Shown piece by piece: positions 54,001 to 60,899 of a stretch of DNA of 64,000 bases. Numbering within the stretch: the stretch's first letter is position 1; every line of letters begins with the position of its first letter. Where the stretch lies: positions 9,671,153-9,735,152 of the forward strand of contig NC_068991.1 of assembly GCF_001194135.2 (NCBI RefSeq), read 5' to 3'. The notes beneath the pieces are model-generated. The model saw only the letters and a list, made by a program, of their open reading frames with translations. It was not told the origin of the DNA and ran no database searches. Made by a program: the position numbers and the translations under genes. The DNA comes from Octopus bimaculoides. Lineage: Eukaryota.

Positions 54001-57000
54001 TTGGTCACTCTCTCTGTCTCCTCTCTCTCGCTCACTGGCTGACCATGTACCTCCTCTATATCAAGGCATGTATTTCTGCCTCTATTTCTCTGATACACTC
54101 TAACCTTTCATCATTTGATACTGGTTTTTCCTCTTCCACAGATTCCTTCCATTTTTAAGTATCGATACTTCTTAGTGCAGCTGTCTTCATCCATACACAT
54201 CACATAACCATACCAGCGTACTTTCTCTTGCACACTACTTCTGATGCCTCTGATACTCAATATTTCTCTTACCAACTTTGCTCTCAGAGCATCCTCCTCC
54301 ACTGCTAATTTGGTCACCTAGGTAACCAAAAATATCTACTACCTCTAAGGATCTCCCTGGGAACTGCCACACACAAAAACTACTCTCTCTGTTAACCTTC
54401 TTGTGGTTCTACGATACCTCATATGTGTCCATAGTTTGCCCTGGGTGCATTGGATGGAATTTCTACCTATACTTTTCCTACATGTTATATTGGGTTATTT
54501 CCCTCAAGGGATTAGTTATTTATTTGCTTCCCTGTTTACTAATATTTCAGTCTTTACAAAATTAACCTTTCGTATCAGACCTTGCTTCGACACTTGAAAT
54601 TTCTTTTCTAATTCTACCATAGTTTTACTTACAAGAACAAGGCCATCAGCATAGAGAAGCTCCTATGAGTAACCAGTTTTTAATTCCTCTGTTATGGCCT
54701 GGAGGACTATGATAACCAAGAGTGGGGCTGAGAACTGAGCCTTGGTGAATTCCTACCTGCACACTAAATTCATTACTCATTGCTGACTTTCACCTTACTA
54801 ACAGCATTCTTCTAGATATCTTGGACAGCTCTCACCAGCTACTCATCTACCTCTAGCTTCTGATGTGACCACCAGATGAAGAAGTGAGGGACTCTGTCAA
54901 AGGCTTTCTCCAAATTGATAAAAGCCAAGTACAGTAGTATATTTTTTGCTAAATACTTCTCCTGCTGTTGGCTTACTAGGAAGATAGCATCAGTAGTGCT
55001 TCTTCCTGACGCAAAACCAAATCCTAACCTTAACCTACAAGAGATGTAGGTTAGCTCACTTCTTAATAGACTTCTATATTAACTCACTGCCGGCTAAACA
55101 TTTCCTCTACTCCTTCCTGTTTTTGTTAGCTTCCTTTACATTGTAAAATTCTCTCATGTGAGACTTTGGTTCATTCAATCATTCATTTGCTAGCTGCCAA
55201 TTATAAGATATGGAAATTGTTGCTGATTTTTCTCTCCTTCTAAATATGCAATATAACATTTCTGCTCACAAAAGCTGTGTATAAATCCATTTACTCACTC
55301 ACTCACTCATTTGTTTCACACACGTATGTACACACACACACACACACACACACACTATATATATATATATATATATATATATGTCAGTAAATAGTGGGGT
55401 TGTGTTAACTGCATGTGGAGAAATAATAGGAAAATCAAAAATAATAAATAAGGCAGAATGCTCAACTGGAAGCATATTTTAATAAAGATTTCTAACCGGC
55501 TTTCATTGCAAAGCAAATTTTCAAGAAGAGGGAGAATGAAAATGTTTTTTACAAAGAAGTACAAAATGAAGAAAATAATATATAAAAAAATAAATATACC
55601 AATACATTATATTGTCTTTGAGCTTTTGAAGTTCAATGGTAATTCATGTATATAATGGTTGGAAAAATAAGGATGCATGAGAATTGAGAGTTGTGTTAGG
55701 TTTAAAGAAAAGGGNNNNNNNNNNNNNNNNNNNNNNNNNNNNNNNNNNNNNNNNNNNNNNNNNNNNNNNNNNNNNNNNNNNNNNNNNNNNNNNNNNNNNN
55801 NNNNNNNNNNNNNNNNNNNNNNNNNNNNNNNNNNNNNNNNNNNNNNNNNNNNNNNNNNNNNNNNNNNNNNNNNNNNNNNNNNNNNNNNNNNNNNNNNNNN
55901 NNACACCACACTTCCTGCTTAACACAAACTTTTAGCCCTTTTCTTTAAACCTAACACAACTCTCAATTCTCATGCATCCTTATTTTTCCAACCATTATAT
56001 ACATGAATTACCATTGAACTTCAAAAGCTCAAAGACAATATAATGTATTGGTATATTTATTTTTTTATATATTATTTTCTTCATTTTGTACTTCTTTGTA
56101 AAAGACATTTTCATTCTCCCTCTTCTTGAAAATTTGCTTCGCAACGAAAGCCGGTTAGAAATCTTTATTAAAATATGCTTCCAGTTTAGCATTCTGCCTT
56201 ATTTATTATTTTTCATTTTCCTATATATTTATATCATCATCATCATATGTCTATCATCATCATTGTTTTGTCTTTGTCACTGTCCTCTTTGATGAGTCTG
56301 AGCGCCACATCTTTCTGTTATGTATAAATATATACATTTACGATTGGCTGTCAGCACACTATATATCTGTGTAGGTACATCTTATCTTGCATGTATAAAC
56401 TGCATCTTTTGTGTTGCATTATTTAACACATTTTCTGCTTATATAATCTATTTCTTAACTCTTTGTTTTATAAATAATATGTCAAAATTGTTAGAATGAA
56501 AGACAAAATGCCTTACAGTATTCAAATATAACCCTTTATTTTCCAAGTTCAAATCTTTCCAAATTCAGCTTATCATCCTTCGCAAGTTGATAAAATAAGT
56601 ACCGGTCATATCCTAAGTTTGATAGAATCAACCGTTACCTCCACCCATGAAAAGTTCTGGCCTTGCACCTATGCTATGACTCCTCATTATTTTTCTACAT
56701 GTGAGTTCAAATCTTGCTAAGGCTTACTTGGCATTTTATTCTTCCAGGGATGTAGAATAAGTACCAGTTATATTGTATTGGATTGGATTACCTATGTTCA
56801 ACCCACTGCATGTTCTCTCCACCAACCGCACTCTTATGTGGAGGCCATGAATCTGAGCTTGAGATCATACTGGTTTGATGGGCCTACTCTGCCACTCAGG
56901 CTCAACATGACTTGGCAGAGGGGTGGTGCAGTTTTTATGCTCTTACCCAGGAGTAGTTAAGTTGATTACATCGACCCCAGCCCTCAGTTGCTACTTATTT

Positions 57001-59074
57001 TATTGACCCTGAAAGGATTAAAGGTGAAGTTGGCCAGTTATATATATTGGGGATCAATATTGTCAACTGTTCCCCTCTCCCCACAAGCTCTGCATGTGGG
57101 TTCAAATCTTACCATGGTCAATTTGCATTTTATTCTTCCAGGTTCAGTAAAATAGATACCAAAATATGACAAAGTTGATTAAATCAATGCTGTTTCCCTA
57201 CCCCCCACCCCACCTTTATGTGTGTCAGAAATTATTATTACTCTTCTTCCTGACCTGATCCACTTACTTCATCTCTTTACTTCCCATGGGGTACAGGCCA
57301 TTGGCCACTTTGCTCTACCTTTCTTGACTCTGAGTTGTCTTTTCTGCTTCCTTCCAATTGGAAAGCCTTCTCGTAGATCTTCTTGGTTTTGAATTGTCAT
57401 TGATCCTTCTGTAACTTTGCCATTTTTTTGGAAGAGGTGGTCCATATTGGTCTGGCCTCTGACCTTGACCTATTCAGCATGAGAGATTCCCTCAGGATCT
57501 TGCACTTTGCTGGCACAGCTCTCATGGCCATTGAGACACACAGACAAGCACATTGCAACAAGGATTGGACCTTGTGGTGGAGCCTAGTCCAGGATCCTGG
57601 GAAAAACATTTTTGGACACCCGACAGCTGTCACTGTATGCAAGTTTCCTTTCTTCACACCATCAATGTTTATCCAAAGTAAAGGTTTCAGATTCGACTGA
57701 TAGAACTTGCACTGGTGCCGTTGCAGGCTTTGCTGTCAAAATGCAAAGAACTGAAACCGATGCCACAAACCATCTTGTCCACCTCTCTAACAGTTCCATT
57801 ACTCTATCACCCTCGTTTGGTACTTTTATTCTATTGATCTTGAAAAATGAAATTGATCTCAATTGGATTTAAATACAAAGTTTAACAAATACAAGGCACT
57901 CTGTCTGATTTTCTAACAACTGCCGATGTTATCACCATTTAAAGGACATTGCTACCCCTAATTCAGAAATAAAAATTCCTTGTTCAAATCCAATCTTGAA
58001 CAATGCACATGTCCAGGAATAAAACACCTGATAATGATCTGAGATCGAACCTGTTAAACTGTTGCATAGATGTAAATAAATGTTTCTTATGTACACTAAT
58101 TACATTAGTCAAGCTGGTGTCCTCATCTTGATAGTTACTTTCACTACATCTTGGCTGTTGTACACTCCAGCCTTCTTCAGGTGTCTTGTGTTGAACTCAG
58201 TTGTTGAGCAACAATCAAATTGAGGGTACCAGTCCGACTAATGTAAATATAAATTCCTCATCTCTGAAATAGAGAATTGTAAATTCTTTTTTTTCTTTTT
58301 TTAAATGCAAAGATAAAATTGTTTCAAAAATAATATTATTCTCTCATCTGGCATTTAAACATATAATCAGCACCCTTTTATTCTCATTTAGTAAATCACC
58401 TTTGCAAAATAACTCCCTGCTTAAGTCTTTAGTTCTTCATTCGAAGGGGGTTGGTGCCTTTTTGTAATGTAATTCCTTTATTTATTCTTCAGCCAACTAA
58501 CAAGACTGTCAATAAATGATAAGGAGTTTGGTCTCCTTCGTCACAGGTCTCATTCTCTTCTTTTAGTTGTTACGAGAAAAGGTGAAACCTTTTGTGGTAG
58601 ACTCTGTCCTCTACCTGAATAATGCCATTAAAAATGGACGGAAGATTCTTATTGAAGGTGCTCAGTCAACCATGTTAGATATAGACTTTGGTAAGTAACA
58701 TATTCATTATTTACATTCAGCTTTCTTTCTCTCTCTCTCTCTCATTACTTTATATACTGTATTTAATGGCAAAAAAATGCACTTTAAATAAGCCCCCCCA
58801 AAATGTCTAAAACAATCACCTCAAGTACTATATATAAAGTTGGGCCTCCCATAAGCTCCTATTGGCTAGTTTTAATCCAGACGGTCTCTTCTACTTAGTC
58901 TGACCCCATTTATAATTACAAGCTTTTTAGATACAGTATTGTTTTCTGCTATAGCTAAAGTACTTTACTAATGTTTTGTAAATATACAACTAGATTGGTT
59001 TAAATATGACATCCTTTACTGTACTAAAAACTTTTTTCCTAAAAGAGAATGTGTTTATGTATGTTTATGTATCA

Positions 59075-59108
<34 letters not shown>

Positions 59109-60838
59109 ATTAGAAGAAAGAAAGGGATGAAAAAATCCTGGCAGGTATCAATAAAGCACTCAGTAATAAAACCATCTGGTTAACAATATTCAACAATTGT
59201 ACACCAGTAAATGTAAATAAAACACAAATCCCAGATAAATCCTCATGCATTTGTCAGCTTTATATGGTCAGATCTATAATAAGGATGTAATTTTCTCTAT
59301 ATGTATATATATATATATATCAGGCACTTTGCATATACACGTATGACATATATATATACACATGACAATGAGGGTTCCAGTTGATCTGATCAACAGAACA
59401 GCCTGCTCGTGAAATTAACGTGCAAGTGGCTGAGTACTCCACAGACACATGTACCCTTAACATAGTTCTCAGGGAGACTCAGTGTGACAGTATGTGACAA
59501 GGCTGACCATTTGAATTACAGAAACAACTCGTTTTTGCCAGCTGAGTGGTCTGGAGCAATGTGAAATAAAGTGTCTTGCTCAAGGACACAGGATGTGCTC
59601 ACTGCTTTAAAAACCTTCCCAATACTGGTTTCAAATTAGGGTTAGGGTTTTGTTCTGGCTATATTTTAACCCTGAAAGGATGAAAGGCAAAGTTGACCCC
59701 GGTGGTATTTGAACTCAGGACATAAAGTGGGAAGAAAAGCCACTAAGCATTTTTCCCAATATGGTAATGGTTCTGCCTATTCGCTGCCTTATAACCAGAA
59801 CAAATATTACAAATCTTTTTGTCTGATGTTCAAACATTTCTGCCAATCCACCGAGGCACAAGACCAGACATTTACAAGAGAAAGAAAGTGCAGTGGATTA
59901 CATCAACTCTGGTATGCGACTGGTGACAAGTTATTTTAACCTACATAGAGCCATCTGTCAAAGAACTCTAAACCTATGTTTGCATATTGTTTATAGACTA
60001 CAACAAAACATTTGATAGTGAGACATGTGGAATGAAAAATATTCCCTGATTAATTATCAACAAAGATGACATAGAAAACCTTGTGACTACAGCAAATGAC
60101 AATGTCCTGTGGAATGAAAATGAATGTAAACAAGACAAACTACTGTAAGTTAGCCTTGACTGGCGACACTGGTGTAATTTAGTTCAAATTACTGCTGGCC
60201 AATGTCTCCTTGACTAGTGACATTAATGTTGTTGGTGTCCAGTTTGTAGGTCAATGACTGCATAGATGGGGGGGGGGGCCCTGTTGATCTGACAGTCATA
60301 CTTTGCAACATAGTGAACTCTGCCAAATGCATCCATGAACCAAGTGTTCATGGTAAATAAGACAGCATGTTAGATCAACCACACACACAGTACAGGTTAC
60401 CTTATAACCAAATGGTGGGATGAACCTATTTATTTCATTATGTCTGTAGGTCAGTTCATCAACTGGAAATGTCGTGTGTGACAGGGTGGTATCCTATGCA
60501 TGGCAGAGTGGGGCAAGATTTAATCTCGATCAACTTCATGCTGTGAAACCAAACCGGATGTGCTTGAGATGTCATTTACAAAACCCCTGACTTATTATAT
60601 TATTACTGTCACCAAAACCACTGTTCCATTTGTAACTAGTTGTTATCTGACTCTGTTTTAGGTCCCTATCCATATGTGACCAGCTCAAATTGTAGTGTCG
60701 GTGGTGTGTGTACTGGACTTGGTATCCCACCTCGTAACATTGGCAATGTCTACGGAGTGGTGAAAGCTTATTTGACTCGAGTTGGTGCTGGAGGATTTCC
60801 TACAGAGTTATTAGATGTGAGTATTATGTGCATATGTG

Positions 60839-60899
<61 letters not shown>

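Noticed and set aside
1502-55935. Long ORFs full of X in the ORF track (around 1.6-2.0, 8.9-9.6, 47.6-47.7 and 55.7-55.9 kb)
   Set aside because: They are open only because they run through N gaps.
58028-58050. Second hammerhead-like string CTGATAA-TGATCTGAGATC-GAAC
   Set aside because: Both core segments deviate and stem II is marginal; it could be chance.
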